A stretch of DNA of 59,807 bases, taken from contig CAYSKJ010000002.1 of assembly GCA_964431655.1 (NCBI GenBank), forward strand, positions 10,214-70,020. Reading direction: 5' to 3'. The translations under genes were made by a program, and so were the position numbers. Position 1 is the first letter of the stretch; every line of letters starts with the position of its first letter. This DNA is from an uncultured bacterium. GTDB taxonomy: Bacteria > CAYMEV01. The notes under the pieces are model-generated. The model saw nothing but the letters and a program-made list of their open reading frames with translations. It had not been told where the DNA came from and ran no database searches. Of this stretch, positions 10,849-20,511 are shown piece after piece.

Positions 10849-11223
10849 TCAATTAAAATTATTATCAGAAATGGCTTTAAGGATCTCGGATATCTTGAAA
10901 GGCTTAGGAATGATATTCTTTATTCCTAGGGATTTAAGTATTTTAACATTATCCCTGCTCAGACAGGCTGAAATAACGATAATCTTCTGGGATGGATTAT
11001 TGCCGAGTATTATCCTCGATGCTTCAATACCGTCCATGACTGGCAGCATAAGATCCATGAAAATCACGTCATAGTGCTTGTTTGTAACCATGTTAACTGC
11101 CTGTTCCCCGTTTACAGCCGCATCAACGCTGAAACCGTGTATTTTTAATACATCCGATATAAGATTACGGGTGTCATTATTATCTTCGACTATAAGGATA
11201 AATCTGTTTTCTGCACTGCTCAT
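10849..11223 (-). CDS. Single-domain response regulator (receiver only)
   Basis: ILIVEDNNDTRNL, VIFMDLMLPVMDG, IIPKPF. Confidence 0.85.
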   Translation of the reverse strand: MSSAENRFILIVEDNNDTRNLISDVLKIHGFSVDAAVNGEQAVNMVTNKHYDVIFMDLMLPVMDGIEASRIILGNNPSQKIIVISACLSRDNVKILKSLGIKNIIPKPFKISEILKAISDNNFN

Positions 11224-11429
11224 AACAATGGACTCCGGCCCTCAATGCTTTAAACATATAATATTATTTGGGAAACTCAGATTTGTCAAAATTTATTTTC
11301 CTTTGATGTTGAACGCCTGCTCAGGTTCAAATCTGCAGGGATAAGCCCTCTGGAAATATTTGATATTATTACCCCGCATGGAAAAATATCTATATTTTAT
11401 ATTGATTTATATGATATTATAATTATAAT

Positions 11430-13124
11430 TTGATTATAGTGATATACCCTAATACATTGGAGGGTTGTATGAAGTATTTATATTGCAGGTTCTTTTGTAT
11501 CGTCTTGGCAATGCTTGTTTTTTATTTACCCGGGCTGGCTGTTAATATAGACGATATCACAATAAATACCCAAAGCGAACTTACCATAATCAGCTTTGTT
11601 TTTGACTCAGAAACAGACATCCCCTTCAGAAAATTTACCCTGGCCGATCCGGAGAGGATATACTTTGACCTGTCAGGCACATCCAAAGCCGCCCAGCTTT
11701 CCAGCCTGATAGTCAATGATGACAGGATAGACCAGATAAGGCTTGGAAATCCGGATCCCTCAACTGTACGCATTGTTTTTGAAATAACCGGTTACAGGGC
11801 CGGTGAACTGAATACTGACCACAGGTTTGAAGCAAACAACCTCTATTATGTTATTGCCAACCCTGATCATCAGATAATCATGGATGATATAATCAATAAA
11901 TACATATTGCAGACCATACCGCCTCAAGAAGAGGATGATATGACCGGTACCGCCCCGGAAGATGACTACATAAACGCGGATAAGGAACCAATAGAAGACA
12001 AACAAGAGGAGAGCTCTGATATGAAAATAGAAAGTGATATTCAGTCTTTTCAATCCCTTCCATTTTTACCGGATTCTGTAAATAATTTTCTATTCAATGA
12101 GATATTCCCCGGCTTTTATACCCTGTATGCATTGGGAATTGCCCTGATACTGATACTATTACTGCTTTTCCTTAGAAAAAAACCCAAAAAGAAGCCTGCC
12201 ATGAATCATAGGGATAAATACGCGGAAGCTGATTCCTATGAAGAGGAAACAGCTCCTGAAGAAAGCACTGAAGATCTCTATGGCCTTGAAACTGATGAAC
12301 AGCAGGACGGCGGCGGCAATCTGCTTTTTGATGATACACAGCAGGATTTCACTGCCTCCGAGGAAGATGATGAACTGGATGTTGCAGAAATAGTGGATGA
12401 AGAAAACGGACCAGAAGCAGAATTCAGGGATACTGAGACAGCCGAAGAAGAAGAGTCCGCTCCGCCAGTTTCAGGATACAGTGAAAGCATGGAAGGTTTT
12501 GATGATTCCAGGGGAGAGATTGAGCAGGAGATAGAAAAAAGCCTGGATATCTTTGAAGAAGCAAAAACAAACGTGAACAATGATCAGGACCGGGAGATCC
12601 TGATAAAGCTTGATGAGAAGGAACTAAGCGAAAAGACACTGGAAGAAAGCCTCAATGAGTCCTTCCGCTACTACCCCCTGAAGGTCGGGAACGGCTGGGT
12701 CTGGAGATACAAGAACAGCCTGAGGAAAAGGATGATAATCGGGAAGAAGGAACTCCAGGGCAAGGGAGAAGTGTACAAGATCAAGGAAACAGTCCGCATC
12801 GGTGAACATAAAAAACAGACCATATGGTATATCTACAAATCCAATAAAGGCATTATAGAAAAAGCAGATCAGTATAAGAAAAAAATCCTTGCCTTCCCCA
12901 TAAAGCTTAATAAAAAATGGGAAGATGACAGCAATAATTATGAGATCATAGGTTTAAACGATACAGTGAACAACTTTGACAAATGCCTTAAAATACAGGT
13001 ATCACCCAAAGATATACCTATAAAGAGATACATCTATTTCAAGAAGGATGTCGGCCTTATCATGGATGAGGCAAAGGAAGAGCTTATAAAATACAAGATA
13101 GACGGCGTAGAGTTCAGCATTTAA
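11430..13124 (+). CDS. AMIN-domain membrane protein with a long acidic linker and a conserved C-terminal domain
   Basis: The track start is TTG. The more likely start is the ATG at 11469, preceded by GGAGG. AMIN-like ERIYFDLSGT...IDQIRLGNPDPSTVRIVFEI, TM helix FYTLYALGIALILILLLLFL followed by RKKPKKKP, about 150 aa of D/E-rich sequence, then a beta-rich C-terminal domain. Confidence 0.6.
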   Translation: MIIVIYPNTLEGCMKYLYCRFFCIVLAMLVFYLPGLAVNIDDITINTQSELTIISFVFDSETDIPFRKFTLADPERIYFDLSGTSKAAQLSSLIVNDDRIDQIRLGNPDPSTVRIVFEITGYRAGELNTDHRFEANNLYYVIANPDHQIIMDDIINKYILQTIPPQEEDDMTGTAPEDDYINADKEPIEDKQEESSDMKIESDIQSFQSLPFLPDSVNNFLFNEIFPGFYTLYALGIALILILLLLFLRKKPKKKPAMNHRDKYAEADSYEEETAPEESTEDLYGLETDEQQDGGGNLLFDDTQQDFTASEEDDELDVAEIVDEENGPEAEFRDTETAEEEESAPPVSGYSESMEGFDDSRGEIEQEIEKSLDIFEEAKTNVNNDQDREILIKLDEKELSEKTLEESLNESFRYYPLKVGNGWVWRYKNSLRKRMIIGKKELQGKGEVYKIKETVRIGEHKKQTIWYIYKSNKGIIEKADQYKKKILAFPIKLNKKWEDDSNNYEIIGLNDTVNNFDKCLKIQVSPKDIPIKRYIYFKKDVGLIMDEAKEELIKYKIDGVEFSI

Positions 13125-13138
13125 GCAATATTTTAAAA

Positions 13139-14206
13139 ATGACATCCCATGACCATTATATGCAGACTGCCATTAATCTTTCCCTCAAGGGACTGGGGTA
13201 TGCGCAACCGAACCCTCTCGTGGGCTGTGTTCTCGTCCATAATGACAGAGTTATATCCCGGGGGTATCACCAGAAATACGGAGGCCCTCATGCAGAAAGG
13301 ATCTGCCTTGAAGACATAGATCCTCCGCCGGAATCCACCCTTTATGTCAACCTTGAGCCATGCTCTCACTATGGCAAAACCCCTCCATGCACCGACCTGA
13401 TCATTGAAAAGAAAGTCTCAAGGGTAGTAATTTCAAATATAGACCCTAATCCCCTTGTAAACGGAAAGGGAGTAAAGAAACTTCAGGAAAGGAATATCGA
13501 GGTAATCTGCAGTGTTCTTTCCGAAAAAGGCCTTTACTTAAACAGGGCTTACTTCCACTATATAAAAACCGGCCTTCCCTATATAACATTAAAGCTGGGA
13601 AGTACCCTGGACGGTAAGATTGCTGACAGGGAATACAGCTCACAATGGATAACAAACGAGAAATCAAGAATGAAGGCCCACTGGCTCAGGGGTATAAACA
13701 GGGCTATAATGGTCGGTCTGAATACCTTCATGACTGACCGCCCGAGGCTTGATGCAAGGTTTCCGTACAGGCGGATGCCAAATCCAGTCAGGATTATCCT
13801 TGACAGGAACCTGAAGCTCAGAAGCAGTTTACCCCTTCTAAATGATAAGAGGGATACTCTGCTGTACAGCCATGAAAACCAGGAGGATGTCTCCCTGCCG
13901 GAGAATGTCCTGTTTATTAAGATTGACAGGGAAAGTGATATACTCACAGAAGCCGTAATAGACATGGGAAAGAGGTCTATTTCAACTCTTCTGGTTGAAG
14001 GAGGCGGTCGAATGGCCTTTGAGCTGTTAAAAAGGAAACTGGTAAATGAAATACATATAACCTATGCACCCAAGATTCTGGGGGGTGATGAGAGCATATC
14101 CCTGTTCAGAGGGGACGGCTTCCTCCTTGCAGAATCAGTCAGGCTGAAAAATTACAGGATTTACAGGTTTGATGAAGATTTTGAAATAGAGGGGTATTTC
14201 GAATAA
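13139..14206 (+). CDS. ribD: Bifunctional riboflavin biosynthesis deaminase/reductase
   Basis: Deaminase zinc motifs HAE (HAERICL) and PCSHYGKTPPC. C-terminal reductase domain (LKLGSTLDGKIA). Confidence 0.92.
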   Translation: MTSHDHYMQTAINLSLKGLGYAQPNPLVGCVLVHNDRVISRGYHQKYGGPHAERICLEDIDPPPESTLYVNLEPCSHYGKTPPCTDLIIEKKVSRVVISNIDPNPLVNGKGVKKLQERNIEVICSVLSEKGLYLNRAYFHYIKTGLPYITLKLGSTLDGKIADREYSSQWITNEKSRMKAHWLRGINRAIMVGLNTFMTDRPRLDARFPYRRMPNPVRIILDRNLKLRSSLPLLNDKRDTLLYSHENQEDVSLPENVLFIKIDRESDILTEAVIDMGKRSISTLLVEGGGRMAFELLKRKLVNEIHITYAPKILGGDESISLFRGDGFLLAESVRLKNYRIYRFDEDFEIEGYFE

Positions 14207-14853
14207 TGTTTACAGGCATAATAGGAGAAACGGGTAAAATTGCATCTCTGCAGAGACATGGTGAAGGCTACCGCATTTCCATTAAGTCGGAAAAAATCCT
14301 GAAAGAGCTTGCCCTGGGCGACAGTATTGCCGTAAACGGCATCTGCCTGACGGTAACGTGGATATCAGACAACTCCTTCTCCGCTGATATCTCCAGAGAA
14401 ACATATGAGCGGACCTCAATTCCCTTCAGCAAGGAGGGCTTCATGGTCAACCTGGAGACGCCCTGCAAGCCTGACAGCTTTTTAAGCGGTCACATTGTCT
14501 CAGGGCATATTGACACTACCGCTGTAATAACTGGCATCCATAAAAAAAAGGAATTTTGTGAGATGACCTTTGAGCTTAAAGAGGCCAGAGACCGCAAGTA
14601 TATAATTGAAAAGGGCAGTATAGCTGTAAACGGCGTATCCCTGACAATTTACAATGTCCAGGGCTCCATATTTTCAGTGTCAATCATACCTGAGACATCA
14701 GGCAGGACCAGCCTTCCGCATCTCAGCGAAGGCATGACTGTGAATATTGAATTTGACATAATAGGAAAATATATTATAAAGTGGTTAGAAGAAAGACCTG
14801 AAACCAGAAACAGCAATATCAGCAGTCTTCTTCATAAGTCGGGATTCATCTGA
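14206..14853 (+). CDS. ribE: Riboflavin synthase
   Basis: MFTGIIGETGKI N-terminus and duplicated lumazine-binding half-domains (GDSIAVNGICLTV / GSIAVNGVSLTI). 1-nt overlap with the ribD stop. Confidence 0.92.
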   Translation: MFTGIIGETGKIASLQRHGEGYRISIKSEKILKELALGDSIAVNGICLTVTWISDNSFSADISRETYERTSIPFSKEGFMVNLETPCKPDSFLSGHIVSGHIDTTAVITGIHKKKEFCEMTFELKEARDRKYIIEKGSIAVNGVSLTIYNVQGSIFSVSIIPETSGRTSLPHLSEGMTVNIEFDIIGKYIIKWLEERPETRNSNISSLLHKSGFI

Positions 14854-14910
14854 TCCCCGAATTATTTCAGCGGGTTATTAAAAACCCTCAGAATTTCAGG
14901 AGGATGTATA

Positions 14911-16113
14911 TTGAGTATAATATCAATTGAACAGTCCATAGAAGAATTAAAGCAGGGTAAATTCATAATAATTGTTGACAGCGAAGACAGGGAAAACGAG
15001 GGTGATTTATGCATTGCAGCCGAGATGGTCACCCCGGAGAAAATAAACTTCATGGCAACCCACGGCAGGGGGCTTATCTGCCTTCCCATGCAGGCCGAGA
15101 GGCTTAATGAGCTTAAAATACCAATGATGGTAACGGAAAACACATCAAGGTTTGAGACAGCCTTTACTGTGAGCATAGAGGCAAAAGAGGGAATTTCCAC
15201 GGGTATATCAGCTTTCGATCGCGCCAGGACCATTTTAACGGCAATAGACCCTAAAACCAGACCCCAGGATATCGTTAAACCCGGCCATATCTTTCCCCTG
15301 AGGGCAAAAAAGGGCGGTGTCCTGGTCCGTGCCGGACAGACCGAGGCGAGCATAGACCTGGCCAGACTTGCAGGGCTGTATCCTTCAGCAGTAATATGTG
15401 AAATAATGAAAGATGACGGCACAATGGCAAGGATGCCCGACCTAATTGAATTCAGCAAAATACATAATATAAACATAATCACCATTGAAGAGCTTATCCG
15501 GTACAGGACAAGCAAAGAAAGCCTTGTATCAAGGGTAGCTGAATCAGTTATGCCTACCCGTCACGGAAGGTTCAAAATTATCATCTACAGAAACGAAGTG
15601 GACACCAAGGAGAATATTGCTCTTATATACGGAGATATAGCAAATAAGGACAGTGTCCTGGTCAGGGTACACTCCCAGTGCATAACAGGAGAGGTCTTCC
15701 ATAGCCTGCGCTGTGACTGCGGGCAGCAGCTTGACAACGCCATGAGCCTTATTGCAAAGTCTGGAAGCGGTGTCCTGCTTTACATAAAGCAGGAGGGCAG
15801 AGGGATAGGCCTTGCCAACAAGATTAAGGCCTATCACCTGCAGGATAACGGGCTGGATACTGTGGAAGCCAATATCAAGCTGGGGTTCAAGCCCGATCTC
15901 AGGGATTACGGCATAGGCGCTCAGATACTCAAGGACCTTGGAATAACCAGTATGAACCTGCTGACAAATAATCCCAGGAAGATAATAGGGCTGGAGGGCT
16001 ATGGGATTAAGGTCCTAAAGAGGATACCCCTTGAAATAGAACCCACGAAAGAAAATAAGGACTACCTGAAAATAAAAAAAGAAAAATTAGGCCATTTACT
16101 GGAGAAGGTGTAA
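14911..16113 (+). CDS. ribBA: Bifunctional 3,4-dihydroxy-2-butanone-4-phosphate synthase / GTP cyclohydrolase II
   Basis: TTG start 7 nt after [17 protein letters not shown] (DHBPS). [23 protein letters not shown] (GCH-II zinc site). Confidence 0.92.
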   Translation: MSIISIEQSIEELKQGKFIIIVDSEDRENEGDLCIAAEMVTPEKINFMATHGRGLICLPMQAERLNELKIPMMVTENTSRFETAFTVSIEAKEGISTGISAFDRARTILTAIDPKTRPQDIVKPGHIFPLRAKKGGVLVRAGQTEASIDLARLAGLYPSAVICEIMKDDGTMARMPDLIEFSKIHNINIITIEELIRYRTSKESLVSRVAESVMPTRHGRFKIIIYRNEVDTKENIALIYGDIANKDSVLVRVHSQCITGEVFHSLRCDCGQQLDNAMSLIAKSGSGVLLYIKQEGRGIGLANKIKAYHLQDNGLDTVEANIKLGFKPDLRDYGIGAQILKDLGITSMNLLTNNPRKIIGLEGYGIKVLKRIPLEIEPTKENKDYLKIKKEKLGHLLEKV

Positions 16114-16116
16114 AAT

Positions 16117-16602
16117 ATGAAGGAATATCATGGAAAACTGGATGCCAAGGGTCTTAGATTCGCAGTTATCCTGCCCCGCTTTAACGACTTTATAGGTCAG
16201 AAGCTTCTGGAAGGCTGTGTGGACGCCATAAAGCGCCATAATGGAAATGAAGACGATATCAGCCTGTTCAGGGTCCCGGGGGCCTTTGAGATTCCCCAGA
16301 CCGCCAGGCTTCTGCTGAAGAATGGAAGTTATGATGTTATTATAGCCCTGGGAGCTGTTATCAGGGGTTCCACCTATCATTTTGATATAGTCGCCAATGA
16401 AGCGGCAAAGGGTATCGCAAAACTTTCCCTGGACTATGACACCCCTATAATATTCGGTATACTTACAACGGATACCATAGAACAGGCAATTGAAAGGGCA
16501 GGAACAAAATCAGGAAACAAGGGCTTTGATGCAGCTGCTGCAGGCATTGAACTGGCAAACCTTAAAAAGGAAATACTGAAACTCAGCAAAAAACCCCGAT
16601 GA
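16117..16602 (+). CDS. ribH: 6,7-dimethyl-8-ribityllumazine synthase
   Basis: 161 aa. FAVILPRFN, VPGAFEIP, GAVIRGSTYHFD. Confidence 0.92.
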   Translation: MKEYHGKLDAKGLRFAVILPRFNDFIGQKLLEGCVDAIKRHNGNEDDISLFRVPGAFEIPQTARLLLKNGSYDVIIALGAVIRGSTYHFDIVANEAAKGIAKLSLDYDTPIIFGILTTDTIEQAIERAGTKSGNKGFDAAAAGIELANLKKEILKLSKKPR

Positions 16603-17033
16603 GCAGAAAAAAATCAAGGGAATTTGTCCTGCAGATTCTCTACCAGATAGATCTAAGCGATAAATGGGACTCTTATAAAAAGACCATTACAGAATTCTTT
16701 AAAGAAAGAATAACTGAAGAGCCCATAAGGGAATTCAGCGGATATATTATAAACGGCATAATGAAACACAAGGCCTTTATCGATGCCCTTATAGACCAGA
16801 ACACATCCACAAGCTCCATTGAATCCCTGCATTATATTGACAGGAATGTATTGAGGATTGCCCTCTTTGAGCTTTTTTTCTCCGAGCTTGTCCCGATAGA
16901 CGTGGCAATAAACGAGGCTATCAATCTTGCAAAAAAATACGGGGAACAGAAATCGGGAGCCCTCGTGAATGCCATCCTGGACAGCATAAAGAACAAAAAC
17001 CAGGATAAGCTTGAATATAAAAAGGACCTTTAA
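16599..17033 (+). CDS. nusB: Transcription antitermination factor NusB
   Basis: 144 aa. RKKSREFVLQILYQ, DRNVLRIALFEL. Conserved position after ribH. Confidence 0.85.
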   Translation: MSRKKSREFVLQILYQIDLSDKWDSYKKTITEFFKERITEEPIREFSGYIINGIMKHKAFIDALIDQNTSTSSIESLHYIDRNVLRIALFELFFSELVPIDVAINEAINLAKKYGEQKSGALVNAILDSIKNKNQDKLEYKKDL

Positions 17034-17036
17034 CCC

Positions 17037-17786
17037 ATGAAAATTGCTATCATAAGCGACATACACTCCAATCTGGAAGCTCTGGAAAAGGTTATGGAGC
17101 TCTACCAGGCCCGGAAGGCTGAAGCCCTCTTCTTCCTGGGCGATCTTGTCGGCTACGGCCCCTCTCCCTGTGAAGTATGCGAACTTATGAAAGATTTCAT
17201 GCCCAGCTCGGTTATGGGCAATCATGATTATGCTGTCAGCTATGAGAATAACAGCGTTTTGGACACATTCAACCTGTCAGCAAGAGAAATGGTTTTATGG
17301 ACAAGGAACCGGCTGAACGAAAAATCACCTGAATACCTGAAACAGCTGAGAAACCTTCCCCTTTTAAGAGAGTTCTCAAATATGACCTTTGTTCACAGCA
17401 CTCCCTACAGGCCGCATGAATGGAATTATATCTTCAATATCCGGCAGGCCTATTACATGTTTTATGAATTCAAGACCCAGGTCTGCTTTGTAGGCCACTC
17501 TCACCAGCCCTATATCCTTGAGAAGAACCCTAATGACGAGCTGGAGCTCATTGATTCGAATAAAATCAGGATTAAGAAAAACTGCAGGTATATAATTAAC
17601 ATAGGGAGTGTAGGCCAGCCCAGAGACCTGGACAACAGGGCCTGCATAGCTTTTTTGGATATTACATCAGGCACAGGCTCTTATGAGCTTTTCCGCCTTG
17701 AATATGACATCAGCAAAACCCAGCAGAAGATGAAGGAAAGTAACCTTCCCAAATATTTAATTGACAGGCTCAGGGAAGGGAAGTAG
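17037..17786 (+). CDS. Metallophosphoesterase (YfcE/MJ0936-like)
   Basis: IISDIHSNLEAL, FLGDLVGYGP, GNHD, VGHSH, GSVGQPRD. Confidence 0.8.
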   Translation: MKIAIISDIHSNLEALEKVMELYQARKAEALFFLGDLVGYGPSPCEVCELMKDFMPSSVMGNHDYAVSYENNSVLDTFNLSAREMVLWTRNRLNEKSPEYLKQLRNLPLLREFSNMTFVHSTPYRPHEWNYIFNIRQAYYMFYEFKTQVCFVGHSHQPYILEKNPNDELELIDSNKIRIKKNCRYIINIGSVGQPRDLDNRACIAFLDITSGTGSYELFRLEYDISKTQQKMKESNLPKYLIDRLREGK

Positions 17787-17798
17787 ATTATTAACAGT

Positions 17799-18188
17799 AT
17801 GTCTAAGAAGAAGCTTCCTGAAAAGCGTTCCATACTGGTGGTGGAAGACTCCAGCACCATGCGCTCCTTCATTATATCTGCGCTGGAAGAGCTCTCCAAT
17901 ATCACCATACTGGAGTCAGCCAACGGTTTTGAAGCAATTAAGCTCCTTCCCCGCCACAGGATAAACCTTCTCATTACCGATATCAACATGCCCGATATCA
18001 ATGGACTGGAGCTCGTGTCCTTTGTAAGGAAACACCCCCTGTACAAGGATATACCTATTATTATTGTCACCACCGAATCCACCGCCCAGGACCGCAACAG
18101 GGGCCTGTCCCTGGGGGCAAACGAATATATTACCAAACCCTTCCAGAACACCCAGCTGATAACAGCAGTCAAAAGGCTGGTCGGCTGA
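17799..18188 (+). CDS. CheY-like single-domain response regulator
   Basis: ILVVEDSSTMR, LLITDINMPDINGLE, ITKPF. Confidence 0.85.
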   Translation: MSKKKLPEKRSILVVEDSSTMRSFIISALEELSNITILESANGFEAIKLLPRHRINLLITDINMPDINGLELVSFVRKHPLYKDIPIIIVTTESTAQDRNRGLSLGANEYITKPFQNTQLITAVKRLVG

Positions 18189-18241
18189 TAAATACCCCTG
18201 TAATAAATTTCCGCACCCGGGGAAATACCCTTTTAATTCCA

Positions 18242-18493
18242 GTGACAGTCGTGCCCAACAGCAAGTCGCGATCTATCGCCCTGCATGATGGAACACTTAA
18301 AATCCATATAACAAAACCTCCGGTAGAAGGCAGGGCAAATAAGGCGATTATCGAATATTTATCAAAAATCCTGAGGATAAAAAAGAGCTCTATAACCATA
18401 GACAAAGGTGCAGTAAGCAAATCCAAGCTCATTGCCATAGAGGATATGGAAGCCGGGGAATTCCTGAAGGCAATAATAGAACTGACCGGATAG
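18242..18493 (+). CDS. DUF167 (YggU-like) family protein; start codon uncertain
   Basis: VVPNSKSRSI...LKIHITKPPVEGRANKAIIEYLSKIL matches the DUF167 core. The track start is GTG. DUF167-like sequence (RGNTLLIPVTV) continues in frame upstream with no ATG/GTG/TTG. Confidence 0.65.
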   Translation: MTVVPNSKSRSIALHDGTLKIHITKPPVEGRANKAIIEYLSKILRIKKSSITIDKGAVSKSKLIAIEDMEAGEFLKAIIELTG

Positions 18494-18497
18494 TCCG

Positions 18498-19838
18498 TCA
18501 GGATTTCAATACACCTATCTTAAGCTCCGCGGTCGGATTACCAAAGTAGGAAAAGCCGTACAGCCTTTCTTTTTTCAGGTCAAAAAACAGGATATACCTG
18601 CCCTCTTTCTTCGGCAGGGGAACCTTTGCATCGAAGGCCAGGGAAGCCCCTGTTTTTATAAATTCCGGTATTATTATTTCAGAATAATGGTCATCAAGAT
18701 GGTCCCCATTCTCATCCAGAAGCTTGACCCAGATAGCGATTCTATAGCTGTGGCCGTCACAGAACCAGTCAAAATTACTGGTATTCTTTACCCTGACTGT
18801 AACCGGGAGTTCACTCCCTGGCTTGCCTTCAGGAGGTGAAGCACTTACCTCGATCTCTCCCCTGTAATTAAAGGGAACAAAGCTCTGGGGGCCTGTCCAA
18901 TCGCCTTTTTTAACCATATTCCCGGGCTTTACAAGCAGAACAGCAAGGGATGTAAAGAATACCCTGTTGAATTTAAGGTGTATATGGGGGCTTTTAAAGG
19001 TCTCCTCCGGCAGTTTTACCCAGTTGTTAAAAAACCGCTCTTCCAGACGCATATCCATATCCTGCTCCTGAAGCTGAAAACCGCAGGACTTAAAAAGGCT
19101 CATAAGGTCCTCCATCCTGAAGATACGCGTATTGGGGACCTTGCCCCCAAGGCGGTTCAGCTTGACCTCAGTGGTAATAAGACAGCCTCCCCCCGGTTTC
19201 AATACCCGGTACATCTCAAGTAAAGCCCTTCGTATATCAGAAAGCCTTCCAAAATGCTCAATGGATGAAAGGGAAAATATAAAATCAAAAGAATCATCCT
19301 GAAAATCCAGCTCCAGGGCATTCATCCTTAAAAGTTTCAGCTTTTCACCGGGATACTGAAAAGGCCTGTACTTTTCAGGCACCTCGGGTATATCCCTTTC
19401 ATCCTCACCTCCCAGATATTGCCCTTCATACAGGTCTATTCCCGTTATATGGGCTACTTTATGGGCCAGGTAATAGAGTATCTGCTCCCTGCCTGCCCCA
19501 ACAGCCAGCCCTTTGTTTTCAGGAGCGAGATAGCCGCTTTTCATCAGGGCATATACCACATGCACGGATTCCCATATCTTCCTGTGGAAGGAGTGTTCAT
19601 CCAGGGTAAATATATCCTTCATATCATCAATGACCATTTTCCACTCAGGATTCTCCAGATCAGCCACATGGGGAATCTTATTTAAAGGGACAGAGCCTGT
19701 CTTTCTCTCTATTTTCAGTATTTCATGATCTACAAAGGGAAAATAGAGGCGGTCAAAAGGCTTAAAAAAGGTCCGGTAGAATTTGTTGGACCAGAGTATA
19801 TATCTAATTTTTTCATAAATTTTTGTCTTTTTCAGCAT
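18498..19838 (-). CDS. Class I SAM-dependent methyltransferase with an extra C-terminal beta-rich domain
   Basis: Motif I-like GLAVGAGRE, FDFIFSLSSIEHF, VLKPGGGCLITTE. The roughly 130-aa C-terminal segment (VTVRVKNTSNFDW...YILFFDL) looks like an Ig-like beta-sandwich. Confidence 0.7.
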   Translation of the reverse strand: MLKKTKIYEKIRYILWSNKFYRTFFKPFDRLYFPFVDHEILKIERKTGSVPLNKIPHVADLENPEWKMVIDDMKDIFTLDEHSFHRKIWESVHVVYALMKSGYLAPENKGLAVGAGREQILYYLAHKVAHITGIDLYEGQYLGGEDERDIPEVPEKYRPFQYPGEKLKLLRMNALELDFQDDSFDFIFSLSSIEHFGRLSDIRRALLEMYRVLKPGGGCLITTEVKLNRLGGKVPNTRIFRMEDLMSLFKSCGFQLQEQDMDMRLEERFFNNWVKLPEETFKSPHIHLKFNRVFFTSLAVLLVKPGNMVKKGDWTGPQSFVPFNYRGEIEVSASPPEGKPGSELPVTVRVKNTSNFDWFCDGHSYRIAIWVKLLDENGDHLDDHYSEIIIPEFIKTGASLAFDAKVPLPKKEGRYILFFDLKKERLYGFSYFGNPTAELKIGVLKS

Positions 19839-20421
19839 ATTATCCTATCCTCACGGCTATTTGAATGAAACCCTATATTACAGCAAAAATATCTCCCTGA
19901 AAGAAAAAACTGAATATTCTGCTTATGATATTGAATATTAAAATCAGTAATGCATTTCCCCGGCAGGCCTGGCCTGCTTTATGCAACCGCAGCAAGAGCA
20001 TAAATACAATCTTTTGGCAGTTTAGTGGCACCAAGCCCCCTCAGATCTGAAGTTTCAAGTTGCCAAATAATCTTTGCTTATGGTGAAGAAATGTATGCCT
20101 GTCCGGGTATTGAAAAACCTGTAGACAGCACACGTATCAGCTTCCTGATTAGCATGGACATCGAACTTTATGCCTACATAAGTCCAGTGGGGCAAATTCT
20201 CCATTATATATTCCCTCATAATCTCGGATATGGTATGGATGTGACCCCCTCGAACTGTATTAAAAAATGGTATACAGGCACTGATAAATTGAAATTATTA
20301 AGAAACATCTCCGGCACTTTTTCGCTTGATTGATAACCTGTAACCAGGGCTAAATATGCTGAAGGGTATTTTCTGCTCATCCAGGTTCAGAAAGCAATGC
20401 AAAGTTTTTTGATGTACTGCT

Positions 20422-20499
20422 TTTACTTCTGAAGCAAAAAGATCCGTCCCTTTTGCTTCGTTTACTTCTGAAGCAAAAAGATCCGTCCCTTTTGCTTCG
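20422..20499 (-). repeat. Two perfect tandem 39-bp copies of a hairpin-containing element, immediately 3' of the V4R-like gene
   Basis: TTTACTTCTGAAGCAAAAAGATCCGTCCCTTTTGCTTCG occurs at 20422-20460 and again at 20461-20499. Each copy holds a 9-bp stem GAAGCAAAA/TTTTGCTTC. A third, slightly diverged copy is at 49865-49893. Confidence 0.85.
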
Positions 20500-20511
20500 C
20501 TACATGATTTT

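Noticed and set aside
13125-13138. Expected FMN riboswitch (RFN element) in front of the rib operon
   Set aside because: Only 14 nt separate the upstream gene's stop from the ribD ATG, so there is no room for a roughly 150-nt riboswitch. I saw none within the upstream gene end either.
14862-15515. Long antisense or overlapping ORFs, including 14862-15515, 16653-17225, 39089-39781, 41909-42490, 54293-54796, 30611-31147, 3150-3647 and 17681-18172
   Set aside because: Each lies opposite or out of frame to a gene with strong family motifs. None has a recognisable motif or RBS. They are typical shadow ORFs.
20025-20333. 102-aa ORF (GTG start) in the gap between the methyltransferase and the V4R-like gene
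   Set aside because: It has no RBS at the called start, no recognisable motif and no neighbouring gene on the same strand. It might be a small real gene starting at an internal ATG or a decayed fragment, but I cannot support it as a feature.
20422-20499. Tandem 39-bp repeats as a possible mini-CRISPR array
   Set aside because: The two copies are directly adjacent with no spacer. There are only two units and no cas genes nearby. The third related copy is solitary at 49865-49893. This is better explained as a REP-like hairpin element.
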